From Candidatus Aminicenantes bacterium (GTDB lineage Bacteria; Acidobacteriota; Aminicenantia; UBA2199): a DNA stretch of 64,000 nucleotides. How positions within the stretch are numbered: the first letter of the stretch is position 1; each line of letters begins with the position of its first letter. Positions 37,309-49,681 of this stretch are shown piece by piece. A program made the translations under genes and the position numbers. The stretch is from the NCBI GenBank assembly GCA_963822075.1, contig CAWGGP010000001.1, positions 83,328 through 147,327 of the forward strand, written 5' to 3'. The notes beneath the pieces were generated by a model, which saw nothing but the letters and a program-made list of their open reading frames with translations, was not told where the DNA came from and searched no databases.

Positions 37309-39322
37309 ATGAAAAAAGCCTACTTATCAATACTGAGTTTGATCGCGCTCAGCCTAACCTTGCCGGCAACCATCATCACCAACCCATCTTCTACGGCCTA
37401 CGTCGGGCAAAGCGTCGGAGCCCGTGTCAGTTGCGTGGAAGGCAGCTCCTGCACGATGTTTTGGGGTGACGGAACGGTAACCAATGGAAACGACAGCACT
37501 TTCTATATCGGTTTCGTGAACCATGTCTTTCGGAATCCAGCCACCTATGAGATGCACTTCCGCCGCTATCCTACTTATACCCCCTCCTGCCCTCAGGACG
37601 AATACAAAACCGTGATCGTTTTGGAGAACCGAACGATCACGATCTCCCCAGCCTTGCCGAGCCTGGGGCAGCCAATCACTTTCACCGCCAATAATTTCAA
37701 TACTCCGGGCAACATCATGTGGGACATGGGCGACGGCACCGTCTATATCAGAAGAACGAACATCATTGCCCATACATACAATCGCATCGGGACGTACACC
37801 GTGCGGGCCTTCGATTGGGATGGGAATACCAAGAACACGCCAGTAACGCTCGTATTGAGCTTCGCCCGCAACATCTCCTTTTCCCCGGCCGCTCCGAGAG
37901 TGGACGAACCCGTGGCCATCCAAGCCAACGGCTTCAACTCCAATTCGATTGACTGGAACTTCGGCGACGGCACCCCACAGCAGACCTATTCCGCCGCGGT
38001 CAGCCATCGCTACCCGAATCCCGGGGTGTTCTTGATCACCGCCCTGGAGCACGGCTCCGAACAGGCGCCCGCGACTCGGGAGATCTCCATCCTGCCCGAA
38101 AACCGTTCCTTGTCCCTTTCGGGCCAAGAACTGAGAGCCGGCGAACCCTTCACCGTCACGGCCAACAATTTCCGCAGCCCCTTGATCCTCTGGGATTTCG
38201 GCGACGGCACGATCCAGTCGGGGCCGCCGGTCATGACCCATGCCTACAAGCTCCCGGGGAATTACACCATAACGGCACGCGACGAGAACGGTGCCAGCGA
38301 GAAAAGGATCCAGGTTGCGCTGCGGATCCTGGGAATCAGCGACCAGGTCAACCTGGAGATCGCCGAGCTCACCCTGGACAACGGCAAATATTACAAAGTG
38401 ATCCCGAAGAATTCCAAGGACATCGCGGCCGCGTTTGCAAATGAAAATGCGCGGGACCGGGATCGTCTCCGGATACTGGATCGTCGACAACCAGCCCTAT
38501 CAATTCTTCAACGAAACGGTCTTCCAGGGCCAGCTCAAGACCATCGTCACCCCCGAGATCCCCGGGCTGCCGGTCTTCGATCCCGGCATGCACACCATCA
38601 CCGTGCGCCTGACCCGCCCCGAAGACGAGCCGGTCGTTTTCCCGACCCTGCGTTATTTCGTACTACCTTACGAAAACGCGATCGAGATCCTCTCGCCCCG
38701 GGATGGGGCTGTCGTCAAGGAAGACCAGGTGGCCACTTTTTCCTGGCAGCGCGCGCTCGGAGGCTCGTATTATCAGATCTCCTTCGCCGGCGGCCTCTTC
38801 CCGCTCCTGCGCGAAGAAGCCGGGCTGGTATGGCTGGATTGCCCGGAGCAATTGAATTTTACCCCGGATGCCCGGGTTTGGAATTCGCTCCAGCGCAACC
38901 AGTGGACCTACTGGAAGGTCCGGGCGTTGGACAGCGACCATACGGTCGTGGCCGAAAGCCCGGTCCAGGAGTTGAAGGTCATCATCCCGGGCGCGGAGAT
39001 CGGCATCCAGCGCATCACCGACATGGATGGCAAGCGCATCGCGCTCGGCGGCGATTTCACGGCCGCGCGCAACGACCGGTTGCTGGTCCGGGGCCAACTC
39101 ACCTATCCCGGCGACGCCGAATATCTGATATTGCGGGTCTATGCGAACGACAAGCTGGTCGATCAATTGCTTTTCCGCGACGTCAAAAAAGGCGAAGCCA
39201 AGACGTTCGAGACCTCGGTTCCCAACCTGGATAAGGAAAGTCTCGTGATCTTCGAGGTCCTGAAGTCGTCATCGCCATCGGTGGTCATCGGCTATGCGGA
39301 GCTGAAGCTGAAAAAAGAATAG
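37309..39322 (+). CDS. secreted protein with four PKD-type repeats and an Ig-like C-terminal region, with a 1-nt frame disruption at 38402-38437
   Basis: Signal MKKAYLSILSLIALSL. Repeat hallmarks are WGDGT, WDMGDGT...HTY..IGTYTV, WNFGDGT...HRYPNPGVF and WDFGDGT...HAYKLPGNYTI (about 37372-38325). After ...KDIAAA the sequence continues in the next frame as LQMKMRGTGIVSGYWIV... to 39322. Confidence 0.75.
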
Positions 39323-39327
39323 CCCGG

Positions 39328-40302
39328 TCAGTCGGTTTTTTTCAGTTCGGCGATCAGCAGCAGCAAAAAGAAAGGCGCCCCCAGGAGGGAGGTCACGATC
39401 CCGACCGGGATATCCACCGGGGGGATCAGCGTCCGGGCCAGCAGGTCGGCCAGGACCAGGAGGACGCCGCCCAGCAGGAAGGTGAACGCGACCGTGGCGC
39501 CGTAATGGCTCCTGCCCCACGACCGCGACACGTGCGGCACGACCAGGGCGACGAATCCGATGGGACCGCAGGTGGAGACCACGGCGCCGACAAAAAAAGC
39601 CAGCCCCAGGAACGAGTAGATCCTGAAATTCGCGACGTTCAACCCGCGGCTGCGGGCGAAATCATCGCCGGCAGAAACCAGCTGGAATTCCTTTTTGAAA
39701 AGGAATACAAAAAGCAAAAAAACGACGGCCAAGACCAGTAAAAACACGATTTCGCCGTATCCGGCCACGGAAATCCCGCCCATCAGCCAGCGCAGCAGTG
39801 AAAAGGTGTCCGAATAATCGAAAATGTATTGAAAAAAAACGATGATCGAGGAGTAGAAGAAATTGATCGCCACCCCGGACATCAAAAAAGTGTAGAGCGA
39901 GGAGTTCCGGATCAGCCTGGCGACAAGAAATATGAACAGGACCGCGGAGATGGCCCCCAGATAAGAAAACAGATATATCCCGCCGCTCTCCAGAAAGGGG
40001 AGATGAAGTTTGAATTTGAGCGCGATCACGGCGCCGGCGGCGGCCCCGGAGGATATTCCCAGGAGATCCGGGGTGGCCAGGTTGTTTTTGAACAAGTTCT
40101 GGCAGACCAGCCCGGACAGGGCCAGGATCGCGCCGGCGACAAACCCTAAAATCGTGCGCGGTACGCGCAGATGCCAGAAAATAAAGCTGCTCGGGCTGCT
40201 GCCGAAGATCCCCGGCAGGTCGATGGGGGTGATCCCCAGGAATGGAGCGCATACCAACAGGAGCACGGCCGCCAGAAAGAGAAGCCCGATTTTTTTATTC
40301 AT
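39328..40302 (-). CDS. btuC: FecCD-family ABC permease (cobalamin/iron-siderophore type)
   Basis: 324-aa polytopic protein with LRVPRTILGFVAGAILALSG and LLGISSGAAAGAV motifs. The symbol is inferred from operon context with the B12 riboswitch. Confidence 0.8.
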   Translation of the reverse strand: MNKKIGLLFLAAVLLLVCAPFLGITPIDLPGIFGSSPSSFIFWHLRVPRTILGFVAGAILALSGLVCQNLFKNNLATPDLLGISSGAAAGAVIALKFKLHLPFLESGGIYLFSYLGAISAVLFIFLVARLIRNSSLYTFLMSGVAINFFYSSIIVFFQYIFDYSDTFSLLRWLMGGISVAGYGEIVFLLVLAVVFLLFVFLFKKEFQLVSAGDDFARSRGLNVANFRIYSFLGLAFFVGAVVSTCGPIGFVALVVPHVSRSWGRSHYGATVAFTFLLGGVLLVLADLLARTLIPPVDIPVGIVTSLLGAPFFLLLLIAELKKTD

Positions 40303-41051
40303 TCACGAAGATGATCTCTTTGCCGTCAAAAAAGGTCCGCTGGAAATCGACCTGGAAAACCTCGCGAAATAGTTCGCGGGAAAACGTCTTGGCGCCGAAA
40401 TAACTCATCCGGCCGTTCTTCAGGGCCAGCATCTTGTTCGCACTGGAGAAAAACCGCTCGATCTCATGCGCGACCAGCAAGATCGTTTTGCCGCTGTCGC
40501 GCAGATTTTCCAGCATTTTGATCAACTGGACCGTGCTCCCGGGATCAAGGAAATTCACCGGCTCATCGAGGAGAATGATCGGCACGTCCTGGATGAAGGC
40601 GGTGGCCAGCAGCACCTTTTTCCTCTCGCCGCCGCTCAAGGTCTGCATGTTCCTCGTGAGCAGGGCGCCCAGGCCGAAACGCTCCACCCCTTCGGCGAAT
40701 ATTTCCCGGTCGCGGATCGAAAGTTTTTTAAAAATGGACCGGTAGGGATACCTGCCGGCCAGTAAAATGTCCTTGACCAGGATCGGCAAGCCGAATTCAT
40801 CGGACTGGGGCAAATAGGAAAGCAGGGTCGCCAATTCTCTTTTCGAATAGTGCGCCACGCTCTTGCCGTTGATCAAAACCTCCCCTTTTCCGGCGGGGAT
40901 CATGCCGGCCAAAATGCGCAGGCAGGGTCGATTTCCCGGCCCCGTTCTGACCGAAGATCAGGACAAAATCATTTTTCTTGATCGAGAAATCGAGTTCCTG
41001 AAGGATCGGCCTTTCCCCGGCGCAATGGAGCAACCCGGCGACTTCAATCAT
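40295..41051 (-). CDS. btuD: ABC transporter ATP-binding protein, with a 1-nt frame disruption at 40916-40928
   Basis: Walker A GQNGAGKSTL lies in one frame and continues as LRILAGMIPAGKGEV... in the next. Signature LSGGERKK and Walker B IILLDEP follow. Confidence 0.78.
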
Positions 41052-41936
41052 GGCCCGCTCCATTTCCGCCCGCTTGCCGCTTGCCCGCGCGGGCAAAAAC
41101 CGCCGCCAATTCCTCGGCGATCTGCGCCGCCCGCGGCCCCGGCCTCAGCCAGTACGTATCCGTGATGATCCGGATCTGCCCCTTGGCAACGGCGGTGACC
41201 ATGCGATAAGGGCGCCACAGGCTAACGATCTCTTCGTCGGCGATCCCCTCATAGTGGGCGGAGATCTCGAAGATGAACTCCGGGTTGAGAAAGATCACCG
41301 ACTCCAGCGAGATGCTCGGATAGTCGACTTCCCCCTGGTAGGCGTTGGTCCCGCCGGCGATCTCCAAAAGGTCGTTTATAAAATCATTTTTGCCGATGAT
41401 GTACATGTTTTTCAGTTCGTCGGCGGATCTCCCCGCGATGAGCAGGGTCCGTATCTTCTTTCTGCCCTTGGCCCGGGCGGCGATCGCCGCCAGTTGGCGG
41501 CGCATGGCGGCCACCAGTTGCCGGGCTTCGCTTTCAGCCCCCAGGACACGGCCGATAGCTGAGTATGGATTGCAGAAGATCCGCCAGGCGGCCATGCGGC
41601 ACCGTAACGATCTTTGCCCGCCCCTGCAGGAAGGCCAGTTTCGCCGCATGCTCCGGATAGGTGATCACGATGTCGGGGGCGAGGGCGACCAGCGCTTCCA
41701 TGTTCATATCCAAAAGGCCGCCGATTTTTTTGATTTTAGCCGCCGCCGCCGGGTAGTCGCAAAATTTTGCTGACTCCCACCAGCTTGTCGCCTCGCCCGA
41801 GCGCAAAGACGATCTCCGTTATTCCCGGGGCCAACGAAACGACCCTTTGCGCAAAAATGCCGACCGTGGACAGGAAAAGGGCCAGGAAAATCCCGGCCTT
41901 CTCCTTGGCGCCGGGCGACCGGAAGCGAAAACTCAA
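41044..41936 (-). CDS. btuF: periplasmic binding protein (BtuF-like), with two 1-nt frame disruptions (41771-41778 and 41562-41574)
   Basis: Three frames join as ...RVVSLAPGITEIVFALGRGDKLVGVS, then KFCDYPAAAAKIKKIGGLLDMNMEALVALAPDIVI...LLQSILS, then IGRVLGAESEARQL...YWLRPGPR. The TTG start overlaps the btuB stop (TTGA). Confidence 0.75.
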
Positions 41937-43744
41937 TTGGCCACCTGGTATTGGAAGCCGAGCGAAACCCGGCGCCTGGGCGCCGGGTACCCCAGGACCT
42001 CTTCAAAGCGGGAATTGAGCGCGTTGCTTATCCTGCAGAGAACGGAGAGTTTTTTTTGCAGCGGCACGGTCAACGTGAAATCATAATGGCTGAAGGACGC
42101 GTTCTCGGCAACCGTCCAGAGCAGTTCGTCATAATCCAGGCGCTTGCCGACGTACGTCATCTCGGCAGCCAGGGTGAACTTCGCGTTCCGGTGGAGAAAC
42201 GAGGTGGTCAGCGCATGGCGCGGACGGCGCAGGAGCTCTCTCCCGTATTGAATGTCCTGGGTATGCAGATAGGTGTAGGCGATCCGCCAGTCAAGGCCCT
42301 TGACGATCCCCCAGGTGCAATTCACTTCCGCCCCGCGGATCTCGGCTTTGTTGATATTGGCGAATCTGGCCGTCAAGGGGCTGAAGCCGATCAGGTTCGT
42401 GTAACTGGAATCAAAAAAAGTGACCCCGCAGACCAGCGAAGAGAAATAGAGATCGGCTCCCGCTTCAACAGACTTCCCGGTCTCGGGCAGCAAGCCCGGA
42501 TTTCCCCAATACGGGTTAAGCATCTCCGGCAGCGTGGGCGCGCGGAAACTGCGGGAGAAGGAAGCCCTGAGCTTGATGTTGGCATTCCAATTGAAGGAAA
42601 TGCCCAATTGCGGCGAGAAAACCCCGGGCAGGCCGTCATACTTGTCGAAGCGCAACGAACCCGCCAGCAATACCTTGTCCAGATCGGCCTGGAGATCAAC
42701 GTAAAACGAAGCCACGTCGGTTTTCAAGCCGGCGATCTGGGGCTCATCGTTGTTCGTGTTCTCGATTTTTTGCGCCGAAAGATCAATCCCGGTGACCAGG
42801 TTCAGCCTGGCCAGCAGGCGGGTGGTAAATTTTGCCTGCCATTCGCTCAGGAAGGAATCGTTGGCGAACGAGAAGTTCCAAAGATCGTCGGGGTCAAGGA
42901 AATCGTACTGGTTCCAGTGCAGGGAGGCCTTGATGTCCAGCTGGCTCTTGCCGTCGATGCGCCAATAAACGGGCAGGGTGACAAGAAAATTGTTTTGTTT
43001 ATAGCTGCGGTGGGGAGTCGCTTTACCCAGATTCCAGGGGATGCCGGCATCCACCAGGGTCCCGAAGACCAACAGGCCCAGGGAAAAATCGTCCTGTTCA
43101 TAGCCGCCATGAACGGCAACGCCGCTGCGCTTGAAACGGTCGTTGTCCAGGGTATCGGCATAGTTCAGGAAATCGCCGTCCAAAAAAATGGAAAAAGCGC
43201 CAAGACGCTTCCCGAATTGAACAGCGCTGCCCATGGTCCCATGGCTGCCGGCGGAAAGGGAAAAAAGCAATCCTTCCTTTTTCCTGGTGATGATATTGAC
43301 GACCCCGCCCATGGCGCTCGAGCCGTACAGGTTGCTCAAGGGGCCGCGGACGATCTCCACTTTTTCGATGAGCTGGGGAGACAGAAAGGTAAAATTCCCG
43401 GCCAGAGACGACGAGGGATCGTGCAGCTTGACGCCGTCGACCAGGTACAACATCTGGTTGACCGAAGCGCCGCGCGCGAAGCTGTAGGAGAACTGGGATG
43501 GATTGCCGGCGTTGAGCACCAGCATGCCCGGGCTCTGGTTCAGCAACCCCTTCAACTCCTCGGGGACGAAGTCGCGTATATGCCCTTCGTCCAGGACGGA
43601 GACGCTTTGCAGGGCGCGGTAAAGCGGCACCTTGCCGATGACTTCTATTTTTTCTTCAATATCGGGCTTTTCCTCCTTCTCTTCACAAAAAAGCGCCGGG
43701 AACAAACCGCAAAGCAAAAAAAACGACAGCAATACGTTTCGCAT
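41933..43744 (-). CDS. btuB: TonB-dependent outer-membrane receptor (cobalamin receptor by context)
   Basis: Signal MRNVLLSFFLLCG. The plug region includes VEIVRGPLSNLYGSSAMGGVVNIIT, followed by a long barrel. GGGAG lies 8 nt before the ATG at 43744, and a cobalamin riboswitch lies upstream. Confidence 0.85.
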   Translation of the reverse strand: MRNVLLSFFLLCGLFPALFCEEKEEKPDIEEKIEVIGKVPLYRALQSVSVLDEGHIRDFVPEELKGLLNQSPGMLVLNAGNPSQFSYSFARGASVNQMLYLVDGVKLHDPSSSLAGNFTFLSPQLIEKVEIVRGPLSNLYGSSAMGGVVNIITRKKEGLLFSLSAGSHGTMGSAVQFGKRLGAFSIFLDGDFLNYADTLDNDRFKRSGVAVHGGYEQDDFSLGLLVFGTLVDAGIPWNLGKATPHRSYKQNNFLVTLPVYWRIDGKSQLDIKASLHWNQYDFLDPDDLWNFSFANDSFLSEWQAKFTTRLLARLNLVTGIDLSAQKIENTNNDEPQIAGLKTDVASFYVDLQADLDKVLLAGSLRFDKYDGLPGVFSPQLGISFNWNANIKLRASFSRSFRAPTLPEMLNPYWGNPGLLPETGKSVEAGADLYFSSLVCGVTFFDSSYTNLIGFSPLTARFANINKAEIRGAEVNCTWGIVKGLDWRIAYTYLHTQDIQYGRELLRRPRHALTTSFLHRNAKFTLAAEMTYVGKRLDYDELLWTVAENASFSHYDFTLTVPLQKKLSVLCRISNALNSRFEEVLGYPAPRRRVSLGFQYQVAN

Positions 43745-43814
43745 TTTGTGCACTCCCAAAAATGAGGTTTACCGTTTTCATCCTTATCTGCCCTCCGCAG
43801 ATAATTGGAATCTG

Positions 43815-43972
43815 GCTGACACCTGATAGGTCTTCCGACTTCCGGAATCTTTAAAAAGCCTTCCCGCCCATCCGGGCAGTGGCTGAGACTTTCAAAGATG
43901 CTTCCTGAATCCAGGTCCGGTCACGGCAGCGGGGGCTGTGGGGTGAACCCTCTTCCCTTGAATCAAGCCTCA
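43815..43972 (-). promoter_or_regulatory. cobalamin (B12) riboswitch
   Basis: The minus-strand leader contains AAGGGAAGAGGGTTCACCCCACAGCCCCCGCTGCCGTGA, then CAGCCACTGCCCGGATGGGCGGGAAGGC (GCCACTG...GGGAAGGC core). A B12-box-like AGTCGGAAGACCTATC follows (plus-strand 43822-43841). Confidence 0.8.
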
Positions 43973-43978
43973 AAATAA

Positions 43979-44007
43979 ATACTACCCGAGGGAACGCTCG
44001 TTGTCAA
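43979..44007 (-). promoter_or_regulatory. promoter of the riboswitch-btuBFDC operon
   Basis: Minus strand reads TTGACA-17 nt-TAGTAT, directly upstream of the riboswitch. Confidence 0.55.
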
Positions 44008-44074
44008 TAAAAAAAATCAATTCGTGAAAACTCCGCTCCCTGCACGGCGAGCGGGGCCCGCCCATCAGCCGCGG

Positions 44075-44103
44075 TTGAAAAATCCGGGCGATTATGCTAC
44101 CTT
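44075..44103 (+). promoter_or_regulatory. candidate promoter, leaderless geometry
   Basis: TTGAAA-17 nt-TACCTT, then 7 nt to the ATG at 44111. Confidence 0.4.
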
Positions 44104-44110
44104 CTGGCCG

Positions 44111-44724
44111 ATGAAAAACAAACTCATGGCCGCGTTTTTTCTCCTCCTGCTGTCGCGGGCGACGCCGGCCGGCGAGATCAGGGCCATGGTCGGGCCGAAC
44201 TGGAGCAAGTACCTTTTTCCGACCAGATCGACTACGTGAACCGGCAGCAAAAAACCGGCTTCGGCCTCGGCCTGGGCTGGGCGATGGCCGTGAACCGGAA
44301 CATGAAACTCGAGGTCGACGCCCTGTTCGGCGAAAAGGGGGCGAAGGCTTCCCTGGAATATGCGCCGGGAAAGACGGTTCCCGGAATATACAAGAACGCC
44401 TCGCTCTCGTTACCGTTCCTGTTCAAATACCAATTGAACGAAAAGGCCACGCCATATGCCGCTTTGGGCCCGGAGCTCGTCATCATCGTTTCCCATCATC
44501 TGCGGCTCCCGGAAAGCGGGGATAATATAAACATAGCCGACAACACGAGGAAATTCGTCCTGGCCTACACCATGTTGCTGGGCTACGAATGGCCCGTCGG
44601 GGATTGGCGCCTGTTCGCCGAGATCCGCTATGACCGCTGGCTCGGGAATTTCTGGCGGGATCCCCGGGCCTCGGTAAAAAGCGAATCGGTCGCCATCATG
44701 CTCGGAGGGGTTGCCCTTCTGTGA
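44111..44724 (+). CDS. small outer-membrane beta-barrel (porin-family/OmpW-like) protein, with a 1-nt frame disruption at the T5 run 44214-44218
   Basis: MKNKLMAAFFLLLLS signal...GPNWSKYLF lies in one frame. It continues as SDQIDYVNRQQKTGFGLGLGWAM...AEIRYDRW... in the next frame to 44724. Confidence 0.7.
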
Positions 44725-45233
44725 ACGTCATTGATGAGATCGTGAACCGGCGCTCCGTCCGCGCCTACAACGAAAAGCCGGTGGCGGAGGACGCTCTGGC
44801 CAGGATCCTCGAGGCGGGACGCCTGGCGCCGACCGCGCGCAACGGCCAGGACTGGCGGATCCTCATCGTCAGCGATCGTGAATTGAAAAACACGCTGATC
44901 GACCAGGCTTCCCCCAGGCAGGCATTTCTGAAGCAAGCCCCGATCATTCTCGCCGCCTGCGCCTTGAACCCGGGTTACATCATGCGCTGCGGCCATCCGG
45001 CCTACCTGATCGACCTGGCGATCGTCCTGGAGCATATCGCCCTGCAGGCGGTACGCGAAGGCTTGGGCACATGCTGGATCGGTTCATTCGACGAGGCCAG
45101 CGCCAAGCGCGTCTTGAACGTGCCTGACGCCGTCCGCATTGTCGAACTGATGAGCCTGGGCCATTACGATTCCCTGCCCGAGGCCCGGGAACGCAAGCCG
45201 GCCCGGGTCCTGTACCAATGGCAGACGTGGTGA
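44721..45233 (+). CDS. nitroreductase-family protein
   Basis: IVNRRSVRAY, APTARNGQDWR and GLGTCWIG motifs. The GTG start overlaps the upstream stop (GTGA). Confidence 0.82.
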   Translation: MNVIDEIVNRRSVRAYNEKPVAEDALARILEAGRLAPTARNGQDWRILIVSDRELKNTLIDQASPRQAFLKQAPIILAACALNPGYIMRCGHPAYLIDLAIVLEHIALQAVREGLGTCWIGSFDEASAKRVLNVPDAVRIVELMSLGHYDSLPEARERKPARVLYQWQTW

Positions 45234-46120
45234 AACGGAAGGAAATTTCCAGCCTGGCGGAGAACGTCTACGTCCTCCACGACCCGATGTTCCCGCTCTA
45301 CGTGATCCGCGCCGGGCGTAACCTGCTGGTCGATTGCGCCATCCTGGCCAAGGCCGGGGAGATCGCGGGCAAGCTGGACGCCCTGCTGGGCGAGGAAAAG
45401 ATCGACCTGGCGCTGCTGACCCATTCCCATTACGATCATACCGGGGCCTGCTCCCGGCTGCAGGACAAGTACGGCTTCGAGATCATCGCCTCGCAACGGA
45501 CAAAGGAGATCCTGGAAAACGAGAAGGCCGTCGCCTTTATCGACGACCTGAACCAAAAATTCAAGGACATGCTTGGCGATCGGTCCGCTTCGGTTTTCAG
45601 CAAACCGCGAAACGTGCGCGGCGTCGGGGAGAACGACGTGATCGACCTGTCGGCCGGGCGAACGATCGAGGTGGTCGAGACGCCGGGCCATACCCGCTGT
45701 TCCATTTCCTTTCTGTTGAAACCGGAAAACATCCTTTTCCCGGGCGATGCCGCCGGTGTCGTGGAAAAGACCGGCAAGCTGAAGCCGCTGTTCCTGTCGA
45801 GTTATACGCAGTACGAACGATCGCTGGAAAAACTGATGACCCTGGGGGCGGGGATGCTGGCCTTGCCCCACAATCCCGTGATCAAGGGCGAGGAGAAGGT
45901 CGGGGCGTTCCTGGCCGCCGCGCTCGACGAAGCCCGGAAGCTCAAGGCGGAAATCTTCGCCCGCCTGCAGCACAGCCACGATTTTGCCATGATCGCCGCA
46001 AGCATACTGGAGCGGGAATACGCTTCGCCCACCATCATGGGGCCCAGGGAAGCGCTGATGATCAACGTCACCGCCATGGTCAAAAGCGTATTTTATGAAT
46101 TCGTAAAAATCCCGCAGTAG
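45218..46120 (+). CDS. MBL-fold metallo-hydrolase
   Basis: LLTHSHYDHTGA (HxHxDH) and ETPGHT motifs. 300 aa. Confidence 0.82.
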   Translation: MADVVKRKEISSLAENVYVLHDPMFPLYVIRAGRNLLVDCAILAKAGEIAGKLDALLGEEKIDLALLTHSHYDHTGACSRLQDKYGFEIIASQRTKEILENEKAVAFIDDLNQKFKDMLGDRSASVFSKPRNVRGVGENDVIDLSAGRTIEVVETPGHTRCSISFLLKPENILFPGDAAGVVEKTGKLKPLFLSSYTQYERSLEKLMTLGAGMLALPHNPVIKGEEKVGAFLAAALDEARKLKAEIFARLQHSHDFAMIAASILEREYASPTIMGPREALMINVTAMVKSVFYEFVKIPQ

Positions 46121-46131
46121 CTCGACCCGGA

Positions 46132-48450
<2,319 letters not shown>

Positions 48451-48454
<4 letters not shown>

Positions 48455-48840
48455 TTCACCACTTTGTTTTCGTTTTCCCGGGTTTTACTGTCCAGCGACT
48501 TCATTTCCATCTGGCACGAACCCTGGAAAAAAGCTCCGTCCTCGATGCTCAGCTTGGGAGCCGAGACCGAGCCGATGACCCGGCCCTTGGAAAATATTTC
48601 GATCTTGTCCTTGGCCTTGATGGAGCCTTTCACCCTGCCGTTGACGGCGATGCTGACGACCTCGATTTCGGCCTCCACTTCGCCGGTCTCGCCGATGATC
48701 AGCCCGCCGCCAGAAAGGATCTTCCCCTTGAAAACGCCGTCGATCCTGAAGCTTTCCTTGAATTTGATATCGCCCGTGATTTCGGTGTCCTTGTCGATAA
48801 AACCGCTGATCTTCGTCCCGGTGATCTCCGTTTTGTTCAT
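48451..48840 (-). CDS. bactofilin-family polymer-forming protein
   Basis: 129 aa with repeated beta-helix pattern ITGDIKFKESFRIDGVFKGKI...GEVEAEIEV..IAVNGRVKGSIKA.DKIEI. AAGGAG lies 7 nt upstream, inside the parB 3' end. Confidence 0.82.
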
Positions 48841-48841
48841 G

Positions 48842-49681
48842 TTATTTCTCCTTGCTTATTATCGCGAACAGCCTTTCAAACTCGGCCAGGGAATTGAAAA
48901 AGATCTCCATCTTCCCTTTTCCGGACTTGGCGTAATCCAGTTTCACCTTGGTCGCCAGGCATTGGGTCAGCCGGGTCTCCATCTTGACGATGTCGGGATC
49001 GCTGCCGCTTTTTTCCCTTTTGTGGACGACATAGAAGTTCTTTACCAGCATTTCCGCCTGCCGGACCGAGAGGTTTTTCCTGGTGATCTGGGCGGCGGCC
49101 GCAAGCATATCCTGGTCGCTTTTCAGCGCCAGCAACGCGCGGGCATGGCCTTGATCCAGTTTTTCCTGGACGATCGCCTCCTTGATCGGGGCCGGCAATT
49201 TCAGCAACCTTAAAAAATTGGCCAGGGTGGCCCGGTTCATGCCCAGCCTCTCCGCGGTTTCCAGCTGCCCTTCGCCGCTCTGGGCGATCAGCGCCTCGAT
49301 GCCCTCGGCGATCTCGATGGCGTTCAGGGCCTCTCTCTGGATATTCTCGATCAGCGCCTTGGCCATGATGTTGTTATCGGAAAATTCCCTGACCATGGCG
49401 GGGATCTTTTCCCACTTCAGCAACTGGGCGGCCCGCCATCTTCTTTCGCCGACGACCAGAAAATATTTGCCATCCTTCTTATAAACCACGACGGGCTGGA
49501 TGATCCCCTCTTCCTTCATCGAATCGGCCAATTGCTGCAAGGCGTTTTTTTGGAAGGATTTGCGCGGCTGAAAGGGATTGGGGTGGATGTTGTCCACGTC
49601 GATATCGATCAGCCGGTTCTTTCCCAGCGGCTCGTTGGCAATGATCGCCGCGATCCCCTTTCCCAGGACTTTTCGTTTCAT
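48842..49681 (-). CDS. parB: ParB/Spo0J partition protein
   Basis: IHPNPFQPRK, IIQPVVV and VVGERRWRAAQL motifs. 279 aa. Confidence 0.92.
   Translation of the reverse strand: MKRKVLGKGIAAIIANEPLGKNRLIDIDVDNIHPNPFQPRKSFQKNALQQLADSMKEEGIIQPVVVYKKDGKYFLVVGERRWRAAQLLKWEKIPAMVREFSDNNIMAKALIENIQREALNAIEIAEGIEALIAQSGEGQLETAERLGMNRATLANFLRLLKLPAPIKEAIVQEKLDQGHARALLALKSDQDMLAAAAQITRKNLSVRQAEMLVKNFYVVHKREKSGSDPDIVKMETRLTQCLATKVKLDYAKSGKGKMEIFFNSLAEFERLFAIISKEK

Noticed and set aside
41951-43765. 604-aa plus-strand ORF antisense to the TonB-dependent receptor gene
   Set aside because: Low-complexity Gly/Arg/Gln-rich translation. The opposite strand encodes a complete receptor with signal peptide, plug and barrel, preceded by a riboswitch.
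12652-44218. Programmed ribosomal frameshifting as the explanation for the frame breaks
   Set aside because: The sites share no slippery heptamer or downstream structure. They occur in unrelated gene families not known to be recoded. Both +1 and -1 types occur, including a compensating pair within one gene.
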